Shown here one piece after another: positions 26,802 to 40,600 of a stretch of DNA of 64,000 bases. Positions within the stretch are counted from its first letter, which is position 1, and the number at the start of each line of letters is the position of its first letter. Origin of the DNA: Octopus bimaculoides (Eukaryota); assembly GCF_001194135.2 (NCBI RefSeq), contig NC_068984.1, positions 28,494,840 to 28,558,839 of the forward strand. Reading direction: 5' to 3'. The position numbers were made by a program, and so were the translations under genes. Below the pieces are notes generated by a model, which saw only the letters and a program-made list of their open reading frames with translations, did not search any database and had not been told where the DNA came from.

Positions 26802-27089
26802 CATATAATACCATACTTTTTTCATCACGCCCAAGTCGATTGGAAGCCTGACATGTATAAACTCCATAATCATCTTTTGCTATCTGTCTTATACGTAAGC
26901 TTAGTGTGATGGTATATTCATCATCACCATAAGCATCTATTCTATACTTCCATCCCGTTTGCAATTCTGTACCATTCTTTCTCCACATTGTAACACCTTG
27001 TGGCATAGCAGTTATTTTGCATTCTAATATTGTCTCTTTTGCTAATGCTTGTCCAATTCTTTTGGTAGGTAAAAAAATCTCTGGTGCAA
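26802..27089 (-). CDS. Internal coding exon: I-set Ig domain of a Lachesin-like (Lachesin/DIP/IgLON-type) cell adhesion protein, probably Ig3
   Basis: Acceptor ...ctgtttttcAG|TT GCA CCA GAG (AG at 27091-27090) and donor ...TTA TAT G|GTAAGT (GT at 26801-26800). The exon is 288 bp, phase 1-1. Translation (V)APEIFLPTKRIGQALAKETILECKITAMPQGVTMWRKNGTELQTGWKYRIDAYGDDEYTITLSLRIRQIAKDDYGVYTCQASNRLGRDEKSMVLY has the Ig Cys, Trp, LxI and DxGxYxCxAxN motifs. RIGQAL..LEC.I.A.P and DEYT match Lachesin Ig3 as I recall it. Orthology not proven. Confidence 0.88.
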
Positions 27090-27973
27090 CTGAAAAACAG
27101 AAAAAAACAAAACAATAAATAAATATAACATAAATAAGAACCAAATCAAATGGCTAAAATAAAGGCGAGGTTTGTTCAGATTTTGCAAGATGGTATATTT
27201 TATTGCAAGAAGAAAGATTACTATATAGATATTGAAATTTGACCCATGCAGAAAGAATACTGAACATATATTGAGAGGCTGCAGAAAGAGAACAATCTGT
27301 ATAGTTGTTTAGTGTAAACAGATTGTGTGATAGGAATAGTCATAATTCATAGAACTGTTAATTCTTCCGCCTCTGGCAATGTATTATGCAGATTTAAACA
27401 TTTGTATATTATTGAAGGTATTGGATATGACAGAAAGGAGTGAGCTCTCAGCAGCTCTTAGCACATTATTTTAAAATATCTACAGTCATAATCCAATAAA
27501 CCATTGTTTCTGAACACTTCTCTTTACAAAGTCAGCATTTTTAGTTCTTTCTTTTTCACCCAACCCAATTTAGTATCTTCTACAACTTGGTATCCGAACA
27601 GTAAATCCTCAATCATAGAATATGAACGATAATTCTCAGAAAAGAACACTGAGAAAAATTTGAATTATTTGCCTTGCCATGGGATATAACAAATGAACTG
27701 GAGGAAAGTGTCAACTAGAACTTATGACCTTGTGACTTCATTCATGCACTAAGGACTTTATTCTAAAAAACCATATTACGTACTATTTTCATAATTGAAA
27801 TTTTAATAAGGTGGCGATTGAGAAACAACTTCATCTTTGGATTGCTACTTAATTACTATAACAGAATAGATGTGTCAGAATGGCATAAAATGATATTCTA
27901 AATATTTACTAATTCAAAACTTACAAAAGTTAATTTTTAAAGATTATAAATGCATTATTCTTCAAGATGAAAA

Positions 27974-28228
27974 GTACTGGTGCTGCTGCCATGTAAAAAG
28001 CACTGGTACTGGTGCCACATAAAAAGCATTGGTGTTGGCTGCATGTTAAATGCACTAGTGTTTGTACCACATAAAATGCACCCAGTACACTCTGTAAAGT
28101 GGCTGGCATTAGGAAGGGCATCAAGCTGTAGAAACCATGTCAAAACAGACAATGCAACCTGGTCCAGCTACCATCAAACCACCCAACACATACCAGCATA
28201 GAAAACAGATGTTAATTAATGATGATGA
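27974..28228 (+). mobile_element. RTE 3'-end fragment carrying a 4 x 26-bp tandem module
   Basis: Units at 27974, 28000, 28026 and 28052, followed by ggcattaggaagggcatc...gttaattaatgatgatgac. Confidence 0.75.
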
Positions 28229-31200
28229 CAAAGAATGGTTGAATACATAGTCATTGTTACTTGTGAACTTCAGTAATATACTTTTAACTGCAAGAGTAAG
28301 AGTTCTGTTATAATCATAATTCTCCTTATACCATTAAAAAATATTATTGTTGCTGTTGTTGTCTTCTTTTTTGCATTAATTTATTCCAATTCTGATATGG
28401 CTACTTAACTATAAGGGACAACACACTATTGGACAATAATAACACTCACTACACTGCCTCAGCAATATACTGGAAGATAATCAGGCACATAGTACAATAC
28501 CACTAACCAACAATACACAGTACATATGAAAATACAAATAGGGCCCATTACAGAATAAGATATGTGTGCAGACAGAGTTTTGTGCTTAAGAAGTTTACTT
28601 TACAGTTATGTGACTTCAGGTGCAATCTCACAGCAAGGTACCATAGTGAAATTAATAGACTGAAACAAGAATTTTTGTTGTTGGTGACAAATTTAACACA
28701 TCAGCTGGATCCTTGGTGCCCTTAGAGTAGTACACATTTTTGCAAGCATTTTGATCAGGTCTCCATTATAAAGATAATACCTTCTTTCCTTACTATCAAC
28801 TAAGCCATTAAAAGAGAAAAAAAATGCATTTTAGACAATATCTTGTTTAAGTTTAGGTAAGGCTTGATCAAGAAGACCTATAAGGAGAGACATTCAAGTC
28901 ACAAGAACTTTGAGTTTTTTAAAAGATATGTAGGTCTATTACCTTGGTTAAAACTGGCTTGCCTACTTACTTTAGATGTTATAATAATAATAGATAAAAG
29001 AATTGTGGAACTTAATAAAGACTACTTATTTTTCAGTAGAGCTATATATTTAGCTGAAGGATCAGCCAATACATTTAAGTAGAATATCACACTAATATTT
29101 TTTAAAGCAAAAGTTGATAGTGACCTCAAAATTCTGACTCAAATGCATTCATACCACCAACAGAAGAAGGTAAGAGAGAAAGGAAGAGCAAGTAGGGGAG
29201 AGAGAGGGATGGATGGATGGATGACTAGATGAATAAATAGATAGATAAACACAGAGATTGTCCAGAAACTTACTGATATTTAAATGAATACATTGCTGAG
29301 AAGTATAGAACATCAGCAACCTTTATTGTTTGAATATACAGAATATTGTGTACACTTCATATGTAACACGTCATCCAAAATTGAAATCAATGTGTATTAG
29401 TTGGGCAGACCAGCTGAAATATTCTGCCCTTGACAATAGCATATTTCAACTGACCTAGCCACCTGTCCATGATGGCCCTTAATTAAATTCAGACAAAGTG
29501 TTTGCTTTATTTGAATAACTAAGATACCATTAAAAAAAAAAAAAATTATAAAAACATAATATTGTCTATTCTGCTAGTTCATAGCTTTGGGAATGATGTC
29601 ACATGAAATATTCAATATCTCTAAGCAAGGAACCCTCCATTCCTCATCAGTGAAATTACTGCCATTTTAACCACTTGAAAAACCACCATGTTTCCCTACT
29701 GGATTATGTTGGTGGATAGATAGACAGATAACTATACAAGTACAAAAACTGATAGATCAAAAGAAAGAAAAAAATAGCTACACCTTTAGAATGAAACAAA
29801 GGAGTCAAGCAATTTCAATGACAAAAGAATTCTGCTTACAAAAAACATTGCAAGAGTTTGATTTGATGAGTTAGATTACATTATTTAATACCAACAAAGT
29901 TTGACAAAAGAATATGTTTTTTTAAAGACTTGACATTTATTAGATCAGCTGTATTATTTCATTCAGTGTACATTTAATATTTATGGTAAAGAAAGGAACA
30001 AAATATATGGTTAACCAAAAGCAAAACCTAGACAGACAACCATTTTAATTCAGTTTGATAGAATGAGAGAACAACTAATTATTTCTCAATAACTAATGCT
30101 ACCCACCTCTTCATCAAATTGACATTTACTCCATATTTATAAAAATAGAAGGGAAACTTTTTTTGAAATGTTATTACTTCTCAAGGTTTTAATTCTATTC
30201 AAAGACAATGGTAATGTTATTGCTATTCTTAAAGTCAATTACTTTTTAAACATTTTTGTGCTAAGTTAAAATTGATTATGAGTGATATCTTTTATCAAAC
30301 CTAAGAATGTTGGCAATAATCTTTGGATGGAAGAACAATATGAGTTATTAAATATCTGATAATTAAAATTTTTACAAGTAAACTATATTAATAGACCTTT
30401 CAAGTGAGTTCATAAATCAGGATTGTATTAGTTTACTTTGGTAGATTCAATTGCAAAATCAATTACTGATCTGTAAAGTGCATAGAATTCAAATTGTGGT
30501 CAGAGCAATTTGTATATCTGATGAAAACTGTTTCTCTCTGCTTTTAAGAAGTAAGCTATAGCTTATTCTCTAAGTCCTTCCTACTGTCAATGATTGATCA
30601 TAGCTTTTTCTTTTTAATAAATTCTGAAAGTAGTTAGACCAAGTAGTATCAATAAAATGCAGAGATACAATTTGCACTGCTCATTCATCAAAGCAGTTAA
30701 TATACTAATAGATCAATGAAACAGTCACTGAATCATACTCTGATACTGTATGCCATGTGGTTTCAAATAATATTGTGATGCACTAACTGATGACACCAAC
30801 ACTAGAGAAGTAGCTGTGGCCACAAAACTAAATGGATGTCACAAGCCCGTGATTTACAGAGTGAGAAGTATGAATGATAGTCATGAGAGGGATGTCTAGT
30901 AAGAGTTGGAGGGATAGAAGTAAGCAGTATTCTGAGATGGGCATGTATATTCAATACAACACAATGTGACTGAGATAGCACAGGGATGATAGGGGTCTTT
31001 GTGATCCAGGAGACAGAGCAATGACAGAGGCTTGCAATGCATGGGAGAGAAAGAGTATAGTGGCAGTCAGAGTGCTATAGGGTACTGTCAGGCAGTATAC
31101 AAAAGGACAGTGGAGGTAGAATGAAGTGGGTGAAGCCATACAGTGTAGCTCTTTATATATAGGCTGTGAAATGGAGTCGAAGGTATAACAATGTCAATTT

Positions 31201-31674
31201 GCAATCCTTACAACTATGTCTCTCACAAAGAACCCAGAAAATCCCAAACATCAGAAAATGTACTTTCCTTCTAAAACCAAGCTACAAACAAGCATATAGG
31301 TGGAATTGTGAATGGCTTTTCTTAGCTAGCTATATTGCAAAATATGTGACAAAATATGCTGCTGCTGCTACTACTACAGAAACCAACACAAGACAATATA
31401 TTATGTTCACAGCAGAACACACACATAATCTTAAACACCATTAAAGATTAAATATTCCATTATTCAACCATCATGAAAATGTGACAAACCTGACTAGAAC
31501 CTGAAGTAAAGTGGAGGAGGGGTGTCAGTATTTTCAGTAATGACTTAAAATTGTCACTGTATCACAGGTAGCTTGGACACAAAATCTATCATAAAATGAC
31601 AAAGGTGTCTTGGTCAAAACTTCTGCAGAAAATGATAACTTCAATGGAGAGTGTGCAGTGTATGTGAGAATCAG

Positions 31675-32050
31675 TTTAACCCTTTTGTGTTGTGTTCCTA
31701 GTGTAGCAGGAATAGCTTAAATGTAATCTCTATCGGATTCCTGAATGGACAACACATGCAGAAAAAGAAGATAAAATACCGAAAATAGACAACTGATCAC
31801 ATTGTAGCTCTGTAGCCTATGAAACGAGCATGTGATGAACCCAGCACTTTGGTAAATGAGCAAGGCTTGGACTCTTTACAGTTGAGGAAATTATTGATGA
31901 TGTTTCTTCTTCAGCTGAAGAGTTTACCCTAACGCAGACAATGAGAGTGATTTGGACAATCAAACAAGTGAAAGTGATGAGGGAAGTAGAGATCTGAAAC
32001 AAATATGGTAGTTGAGAGATAGGCCCATTATTGTTATTCTGAATTTTTTG
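31675..32050 (+). mobile_element. Possible piggyBac 5'-end relic
   Basis: TTAA|CCCTTTTG at about 31675, followed by a frame-broken acidic stretch (VEEIIDDVSSS; ADNESDLDNQTSESDE) like piggyBac N-termini. No catalytic region. Confidence 0.3.
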
Positions 32051-33754
32051 TGATTCTATCCATTAGTTTACCTGCAATCATTACTTTCGAGCTGTGTATG
32101 CAGCTATTTATTATTTTGGCTCAGGAGCCCAGGTGAAGGGTAAAGCTAGACATAGGACACAGATCTGAGGGAGTTAACACAAACATCCCAGAGACACTAG
32201 TATCTTAAAAATCTTAGGTCAATGTTTCACTTACTGAGAGGAAATAGCAATCATGTTGACCATCAGATAGAGAGAAAGAGCTCTGTAACATAAATAACAA
32301 TGTATAAGAAGGAGCAATACTCTTCCATTAAAAATACCCACAAATATTTCCAGTATAGCTAAAATAACTGCTATATTACAAATGTGAAAGGATTTATATA
32401 GATAGTAATAATGCTAGACTGAGAGAAGAAAATTTGAAAACAAGGAAAAGAGGAGAAAGAGAATAAACAGCATCAGATCTTTGAGGAAGAAACTTAGAAG
32501 CCCTTACTAGTCTTTGTTATACTATCATTTGGATTAATTTCAAAGCTAATTATTTTCATTCGGATTTGCATAATAGATTTCTGTTTAGATATACATCAAA
32601 GAAAAAGTAATAAGAAAAAAATCAAAATTAACTAAAGTAAGTAAATGACACAATCTATCGATTAATGATCAACAACATATGTCTTTAGTGTCCTGGAAAA
32701 ATTCAATCAAAGTGACAAAGACAGACTTATGGACTGAGATTACACAAATATAATATACATAATATGTACATACATAAACTTGTACTTCTATAGGTATAAT
32801 ATACATTAATACATATAAACAAATAAAATACACATTTATACATACACAAACACTCACATACATATTCACATGTAATTACAAGATTAACTATTTGAAACTT
32901 TCCATTAGAAGGTTGATGGAGAGAAAGAAAGGATCAACGACGGAGAAACAGAAACAAAGGAATAGATAGAGGTGGGGGGATACAGAGAATTACACATTGT
33001 TGGATAAACAGAGACACAGAAATGGTACCTAAAAGATAGAAAATTACATAAATGTAGAGACAAATTGATAGCAACAGAATTAAAGAACAACAAGGGGAGA
33101 GACAGAAGAAAGATGGATGAGAAAGAAGTCAAGAGAGAGAAGACAATGAAAAGGCCACAAAGCAAAGACCATCCTTGAAAGAGTGTATTTTAAGGATAGT
33201 ATCTGTTGTTAGAGTAATGCATTTAATACATGCAACATAGAATTGATAACATTTTATGTAAATGCTGTCTTTGATTCTAGCAGGATTAACTGGTAGCACT
33301 ACAGTTACTTGCTCAAGATATGCATAATTAATTCTATAATCCCTTGAACACAATTGTATACATTCAGCTGTTTATATTTAATAGATGATATTGTAGAAGC
33401 TGATCCATGTTAGCAACTCTTTCAATTACAAAATGAAGGCATTTCAGTTTATATTACTAAAATTCTCTGGAAATGTATGAGTGTCACCTCATCGTCATCA
33501 CTTTTTTTTTATTTCATATTAGAGTCCTTATGTTGAACCAAAGTATATCCTTACTATTTTTCCAACTATGAATATTAATTTACTGGATTCAGCCTTATCT
33601 TTCATACTATATTTTATATTACTCTTGGTTATAAGTTTCCAACAAGTTTCCAGATCATTCAATATGTGAAATACTGATTCCCTTTTGGAAGCTTAAAGTG
33701 ACAAAAGATTGCCTGTGAAACTTGTTGCAGAACAAATCCCACACAGAATATTTT

Positions 33755-34679
33755 GTTGAGCCTCGTCCAGGAAGATCTGTAGAGCTCAACAAGGACATTC
33801 TGCAAACCCTGGTGGAACAAAATTCCATTGTAACTGATTAGAAACTAGCAGAGAAGCTTGGATTTGGTCATTCAACCATTCATTGACATCTGTGTACCAT
33901 CGGAAAAGTCAGCAAATTGGGTCAATGGGTTTCTCACAAACTTTCCGAGTCTAATTGTACGCAGAGACTGAATGTGCACTCTTCTTTGCTGTCACATCTC
34001 ACAAACGAACCTTTTGTGACCAAATAGTGACTGGTGAGTAGAAATGGGTTCTCTATAAAAATGTTAAGTGCAGAAGACAGTGGGGTAGGGAAAGGATAAA
34101 CACTGGCACACCAGGCTAAAGAAGATCTTCACCCACATAAGGTGTTGTTATTTGTTTGGTGGGATATGAAAGGTTTAGTCCACTTTGAACTTTTAAACCC
34201 AAACCAAACGATAACAAAGGAGATCTACTGTGAACAGCTTGAGCAGCTTAAGTCAGCACTAGAAGCAAAATGACCATCTTTGGTTTTAAGATGAAAGGTG
34301 TTCTTCCATCAAGATAATGCTCAGCCACATACAGCGAGGATGACATTCCAAAGGCTGAATAGAAAATGATGCCCTACCCACCATATTCACAGGACATTGC
34401 CCCATGTGATTATTATTTATTTTGCAGTCTTCAAAATCACTTGGACGGAAAAAAAATATGAATTCTGTAGATGAGATCAGAACAGTAATGGAGGAGTATT
34501 TTTTGACATGGACAAGTGGATTTTGCAAGTGGGACCTTGCAAATCTATCAGATACATGGAAGAGCATAGTAGAAAATGAAGGAGAGTATATTTTAAATTA
34601 AAAATGAACTTTGTTTATCTTAATTTTGAAAAATAAAAGAAGTATAAAAAAACTGCATTATTTATGGGATGACCCAGTA
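33755..34679 (+). mobile_element. Mariner (DD34D) transposon relic, 5'-truncated, right TIR intact
   Basis: GQWVSHKL (WVPHEL), IVTGE*KW (first D lost), FHQDNAQPH, PYSQDIAPCDYYLF. Right TIR ctgcattatttatgggatgacccag plus TA at 34653-34679. Multiple stops and a deletion. Confidence 0.9.
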
Positions 34680-36494
34680 TTTAGTCTCTGTCTGTCAAAT
34701 TTCGCTAACAAAACACTGGTCTACTTAAGACTGTTTTAATAAGAGGACACTTTACTAAGGTGCTACATGGTAGGATTAAGCCACAAACCACATAGGTGTA
34801 AAGCAAATTTCTGACCCACACTGTCATGTTTGCACCCATTCAATAATCTAATAATTTTACATGATATCTGTCTACCTGGAGGTATGAAATGTAAAATCAA
34901 CACCATTAGACTTGAATTGAGGATACAAAAGAACTTTAACTAAATACCACAGCTTGTTACTCTATTATTTATGATAAAATATCAGTAATCAAACCAGTAA
35001 CACAGCAGAATAAAATCATTTGACAATACTCTCAATGTCCCCAAAACTGATTTTGCACTAAATCAAAATAAATCAATATTGTCTTATTCTCTTACTTATT
35101 TCAGTCATTTGACTGTGGCCATTATTTTCTTATAAATTAGAAACAATATCTTAGTAATTTTGTTTTGCTTGTTTATTATTTTATGTTTTAAATCCAATTT
35201 TTCATGCTGTTATTAGTCGGATAGCTTTTACAAATATTGATATTAGCATATTGTTGTCAGAGTAAATGATTTTACATGCTATTTTACCCTTAACTATTCA
35301 ACTGTGAACCTGCAATGATACTTATTATCAGTCAAGCAGAATATTGAAAGCGTTCTTTTGTGTTTTACCTACAGGCATATCAGAATAGTTAAAACAAGAT
35401 TTAAAGTATTTGAAAACCACTGAACTTCATTACTAGTTGCCGATGTATGATATCTACATGTATGAAAGTAGACATGTGAATGCTTGACCAAGTATCTGAA
35501 CTATATTTTGTGTCTGCTTTAGCTTAGGTGCTATCATATTAAGAAAATTTCAAGCAATTGTTAACAGGGTTAGGACTAATACAAATTAGTGTGGAGAAAT
35601 AACAAAGTAGTATAGTATATATTGACAGCGTGCTAATGACTTGCAGAGAAAATCCTCCAACATTGTAAAGGTGATAGTATTATCATCAGAAGATCTGAAT
35701 TGAGTATGTTATTAATAAGATATTACTGGTATCTTGACATAAAAGTTCATGTATTAGATATGTTTTTTACTTTCTGAACTCAGATGATGCTATTATTTAT
35801 TTTGGATTTCATCTCACTCTGAGATCAATAAAACAAATACCAGTCATATCAGAAGGTTGATTCAATATACTGTATCTCTCCCTTGTAAACATGTGAAAAT
35901 TCTTAAATTTTCACTGGAGTTGATAAAATAAATAATTTCTTACTTGTTACATTTATCAATCCCAGAATAAGGTATTACTTCTATTCTGATCAATTGTTAA
36001 CCTTCAACAAAATACAATTTTGACACACACAAGAGTTTGACGATACTGATATTAAAGATAAAAACATCTTCAACTGATATGTTTTTTTTTTCCTGACATG
36101 GTGAAACCAGCCAGAAAATATTTGTTTGAAACACTCTTGAAAGATACATGAAATTTTTGTTCAATGCAGCACTGGCATTGACCACACTCAAATGGTGCTT
36201 TTCATGTGCCACTGGCACAGGAGGCAGTCAGGTGGCACAGGCATATTTATTATTATTATTAACATAGTAGTTGAAAATATTTATTAAATCTTACTTGTAA
36301 CATATTCTTCATAATCAGATAGTACAAAATACTGGTCTACTCAAGTTGCCTAAATAATCTTGCCTCATGGAAACATTGGTACTTGTTAAAAGATTCATCC
36401 GTACATGAAACCAATGGTTGCCTTGTTAACCCACAAATAATGAATATTATCTACCAAAGCAGTGTTGAGCACCCATTTTCACTGTATGACATTA

Positions 36495-36497
<3 letters not shown>

Positions 36498-36551
<54 letters not shown>
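36498..36551. repeat. (TA)n microsatellite
   Basis: Perfect dinucleotide run. Others lie at about 18115-18141 and 63956-64000 (runs off the window). Confidence 0.95.
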
Positions 36552-36555
<4 letters not shown>

Positions 36556-36567
36556 AACATGCATGAA

Positions 36568-36724
36568 AGGCTTCTTTCAGTTTCTCTCAATCAAATTCAC
36601 TTACAGGACTTAGGTCAGTCTGTGGCTATAGTAAAAAATATTTGACCAAGTTGCCGTGCAGTGGTACTGAACTTGGAACTACGTGGTTGAGAAGCAAACT
36701 TCTTACCACACAACCATGCCCGCA
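36568..36724 (-). mobile_element. SINE family B, 5' half, adjacent to (TA)n
   Basis: ggcttctttcagtttc...ccaagttgccgtgcagtggtactgaac...cacacaaccatgcccgc. A further 5' fragment lies at 47068-47155 (+). Confidence 0.8.
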
Positions 36725-37346
36725 CTTTCTTAACTATGTAGACACACAAGAAATAAAGCAAGTGAATATTTCTAATACAATTCTGAATTACAATTTTTGT
36801 TGTCTAAGAATATTTTTTATCAAAGGACAGCATGCTTGAAATTGATATGAGAATTAAGAAATATGTATTTTCAAATAGTGGAAGTATACCAACGACTGGT
36901 TTTAAAAGAGAAAATATTAAATGGCTTCTCACAATTTGTTGTACATGAGCATAAACAATTTTTATAAGTAAATACTTAAGACTTCTCTCTTTCTCAGTGA
37001 CCACCAGTACAATTTTCTTAAAGCTAGATCTACAGAAAATGTATTTTCTTAGATAAAGTATTAGTTGCTTTACAAATATGAGTAAAAACAGTAATGTTCC
37101 ATTTACATTATCAATGACTTACACAAGGAACAAGTTCTTCCTACTTAATCAATTCACTGGTGCTATCTGTCTCTTATCACTTGGAGTAGAAATTGATTTG
37201 TAAAGCATGGAGTTTTCTTTATCCCTTATATTTATTCTGGTGTACCCCAACATTTAGTTATGCTTCTCACAATTCTCTTTCTTTACATTCATGATCTGCT
37301 TGATTTGTAACCATACATACACCCTCATAAACGACTACACCCTTCA

Positions 37347-37617
37347 TTCATCATCGTTTAACGTCCACCTTCCATGCTAGCATGGGTTGGACGATTTGAC
37401 TGAGGACTGGCGAACCAGATGGCTGCACCAGGCTCCAATCTGATCTGGCAGAGTTTCTACAGTTGGATGCCCTTCCTAACGCCAACCACCCCAAGAGTGT
37501 AGTGGGTGCTTTTACGTGCCACCGGCATGAGGGCCAGTCAGATGGTACTGGCAATGGCCACGCTAAAAATGGTGTTTTTTCCGTGCCACCTGCACAGGAG
37601 CCAGTCTAGTGGCACTG
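37347..37617 (-). mobile_element. Short RTE 3'-end fragment
   Basis: catcatcgtttaacgtccaccttccatgctagcatgggttggacg... matches 7258-7440. Confidence 0.85.
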
Positions 37618-40600
37618 TAGATTTCAGTACAGAGGTCATTCTATCTTTTCATGTCACTTCAGAATTGTAAAGGTTTTATAAAAAGAAACCTCAAAATACA
37701 TGCTTCAATGGGTATATGACATTGTGATCTCTCTTAATGACACTAACATAAATGATACAAATATCAAGCAATTTGTTAATTTATAAGACTAAACCTAAGC
37801 AGGAAAACTTCTGCAGCTAAAACATTAAAACTCACCAGAAATGCTGAACCTTACAATCCTTGATGATATCTCAAGATAAGCAAACATGTATAACATTACA
37901 AAATATCATTGTTCAAACTCGAATGGTAATGGCTAAGTTTCTTCTTCAGAACCAGAAAATACTTCAATTCTAGTTAGATAATGGCCTTATACAAATCACC
38001 AGTGTGATTCATATTAGAGTACTACTCATATATTAGGGAAAATATTGCTGCTTTTGCATGCTAAATAATCGTCCAAGGCTGTGAGCCTCTATGTGGTCAC
38101 TTAAGCTATTAGAGATATTAACATATCATTCCTCCAATAGTCTAAGGAGAAGAGAGAGATAGTGTAGTACTAGATATTTCTAGAAAGACATGATGGTCAT
38201 AACTGAAATGCTTTTCATCATAAGCCTGCTTCATTAAGATTGATCTGGAACTAAATAATGACAACACTTTAGAATACATTAAAAAATGTCATTTAGGAAA
38301 TTGGTAAAAATTCATTCCCAAATGCACTATGACTGCATTCTTTTCTGTCTCTTTTAATGGCATATACTACTCTGAGAATGCAAACTGAATACTGCAGCTA
38401 TCCAAAGCTCAAATAATATATGCCATTTTCTCTACTTGCCACCTTTAGTCCCCATAGCAAACATATTTTTCTATATTTCCATACCAGAACTATTTCCTAT
38501 CCACATTTTCCCTTTGGCATCAATCTACAGAAATTACATGTAACAGCAACTGCATTGACTTCATTCTCAAAAGGCCTGCAAATGTCATGAGCACAGCACA
38601 ACCTTCTGCCTCAGATTATGTAAATAAAAAAGAGAAGTTATGTTGTTGACTTATTGCATCAGCGTAAACACTGCAATTATAATATGAAATAGTTTCAAAA
38701 GGTTTTAGCTGTCTTAGTTAGTAGCTGATAATAAATAAATAAAATTCTAATCCTACAAAATTTATTTGTTCTTGTTTTATGAATTGACACAACAGACTAT
38801 TTGAATGCATTATACAAAATTTCAATTAAAGTGAATGAGTCTTTAAATAATATAGAAGAAGAAAATTTTGCACAGAAAGATAAAAATATACTTAAATGAA
38901 ATTTATCACAAAAAGTATCTGTATATAATCTGCAGGTTGGATTAAGTGATAAACAAGAAAACCTATTTCATGTTAGATTACAAAACCCAAAATCAAATAA
39001 ATGGGGAAAATATTATAATTGCAGAGTAGGATTATAAATGAAATCCTTCATATTCTAAAAATGAAAAGACTGATAGACTATTGATCAGTCTGGAAAGATT
39101 GGAAATCAGTTACTAACTATATATATTTTACACACAGACTACACTGTACGCACCCTTATCAGCTGTTGGCTGGAGAATATGATTTTAAAACCTTCTGATA
39201 TAAGTTAAAAGCTACAAGTACACAACCAAATTGAAAAATGTGCTCCCTTACAGAGTTATAGTATTTAATATCAGGCTGTTTATTAAAAAAGAAAAATGAA
39301 GAAAATGATCATTAAGAGTATTCAGTATAAGCTATATAAGCTAACAGAATGTTCCTTTAAGGCCAGATTTCACAAAGTAACAAAACGAAAGATAAAAAGA
39401 GGATAGATTGTGTATCTGAAGAATCAACATATTTAATCAGTGTAAATGAGCAGACAGGAACACTAGGGAACAATATAGCGTGTAGAAAATGACTGATAGT
39501 TATAATTAAGGAATAGGATGAATGAATTGGGAATGCTTCTAGTTAGCTTAAATATTGTCACTGAAATATATGAAGATTAGACAGTAAGTTAATTAAAAAA
39601 GCTTGGACTGATAAAGCTACAAAGATTGTACAAGAGTCTGCTAGACACTAAATATTTCAAGATAAATAAGTAAAGTGGTAGACAGCAATAACAAATTGAA
39701 TTTGTTGAAAATCTGATATGTGAGATGACTGGTATATTAAAGGCATTGCTCTTAATAAATTAAGATTGACATAAGTAATTAAAGATAGTGAAAGTCATGA
39801 TTTAAACAGGGATGATTTGAAATAGTGAAGAATATAAGGAAACTAGTGATGTTTGAAAATAATAAGCAGAAAAAGTTTGTAAACTAGAAAAATTATTTAG
39901 CCACGAAAAGGAGAAGTTAAAGTAAATCTTTCCCACAAAGATCTTGTCTTAAGATGAACATTGTGTTTCATGAAAGTAACACGATAAAGACGAATGTATC
40001 CAAAGTTGTTTCCTCTATTTGCCAGAAAAATGAAAATATTTGTCATTGATTATAATCATTGCTTTTAATACATAATTACTTATAGTAGACCTTTAATGTC
40101 TTATGTATTAAATATATTAATTCTAATTTGCATAGTTAAAATTTTATAAATTAGGTACGTAGATTAATTTGAGTGCAAGAGCTAGTTTCTTTAAAATTTT
40201 AAACAAGTTAAAAGACTTTTTGCTGTTATTGACAACTAAATATGAAAAGGCAATTTCTTCTACCTGAAACATAAAATACATATTACACTAAAATTATTAT
40301 AAAATCATTATTAATTAGTATAACAGGCCCATATTCTTTACTAGATTGCTAACCAATTTTTATATATTCTTGAATATCTAAATTCATTTGCTCTCAATGA
40401 ATCCAACTTCCTCAAAACAATGATGTTAGTAAAATTTTAGAACATAAAGCACATACCCTAAATATTTACCAGTTCCCTACAACACTCTAAATGGTCAATT
40501 ACAACATAGAGGATTGACAACAGCATGCCAGCTAATTGTAGCAGCTTTTTAATTAGTTCAGTTAGTTGTGCTAAAATATTGCTGTTGATTCTAAACAACA

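Noticed and set aside
26595-26873. Alternative-frame ORF with a hydrophobic tail just after the Ig exon
   Set aside because: It is out of frame with the Ig exon and reads through a strong GTAAGT donor. The tail derives from a CT-rich intronic tract.
27974-28077. Regularly spaced 26-bp units as a CRISPR-like array
   Set aside because: The units are contiguous with no unique spacers, lie inside a retroelement UTR, and there are no cas genes in this eukaryotic context.
32235-32282. Possible 48-bp minus-strand microexon (cag...GTAAGT)
   Set aside because: It has a stop in the phase-1 frame needed to join the Ig exon and no recognisable peptide. Such site pairs arise by chance.
37836-37910. Possible signal-peptide exon ending in a GTGAGT donor
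   Set aside because: Weak hydrophobic core, and Ig1/Ig2 exons would have to lie between it and 27089, where none were found.
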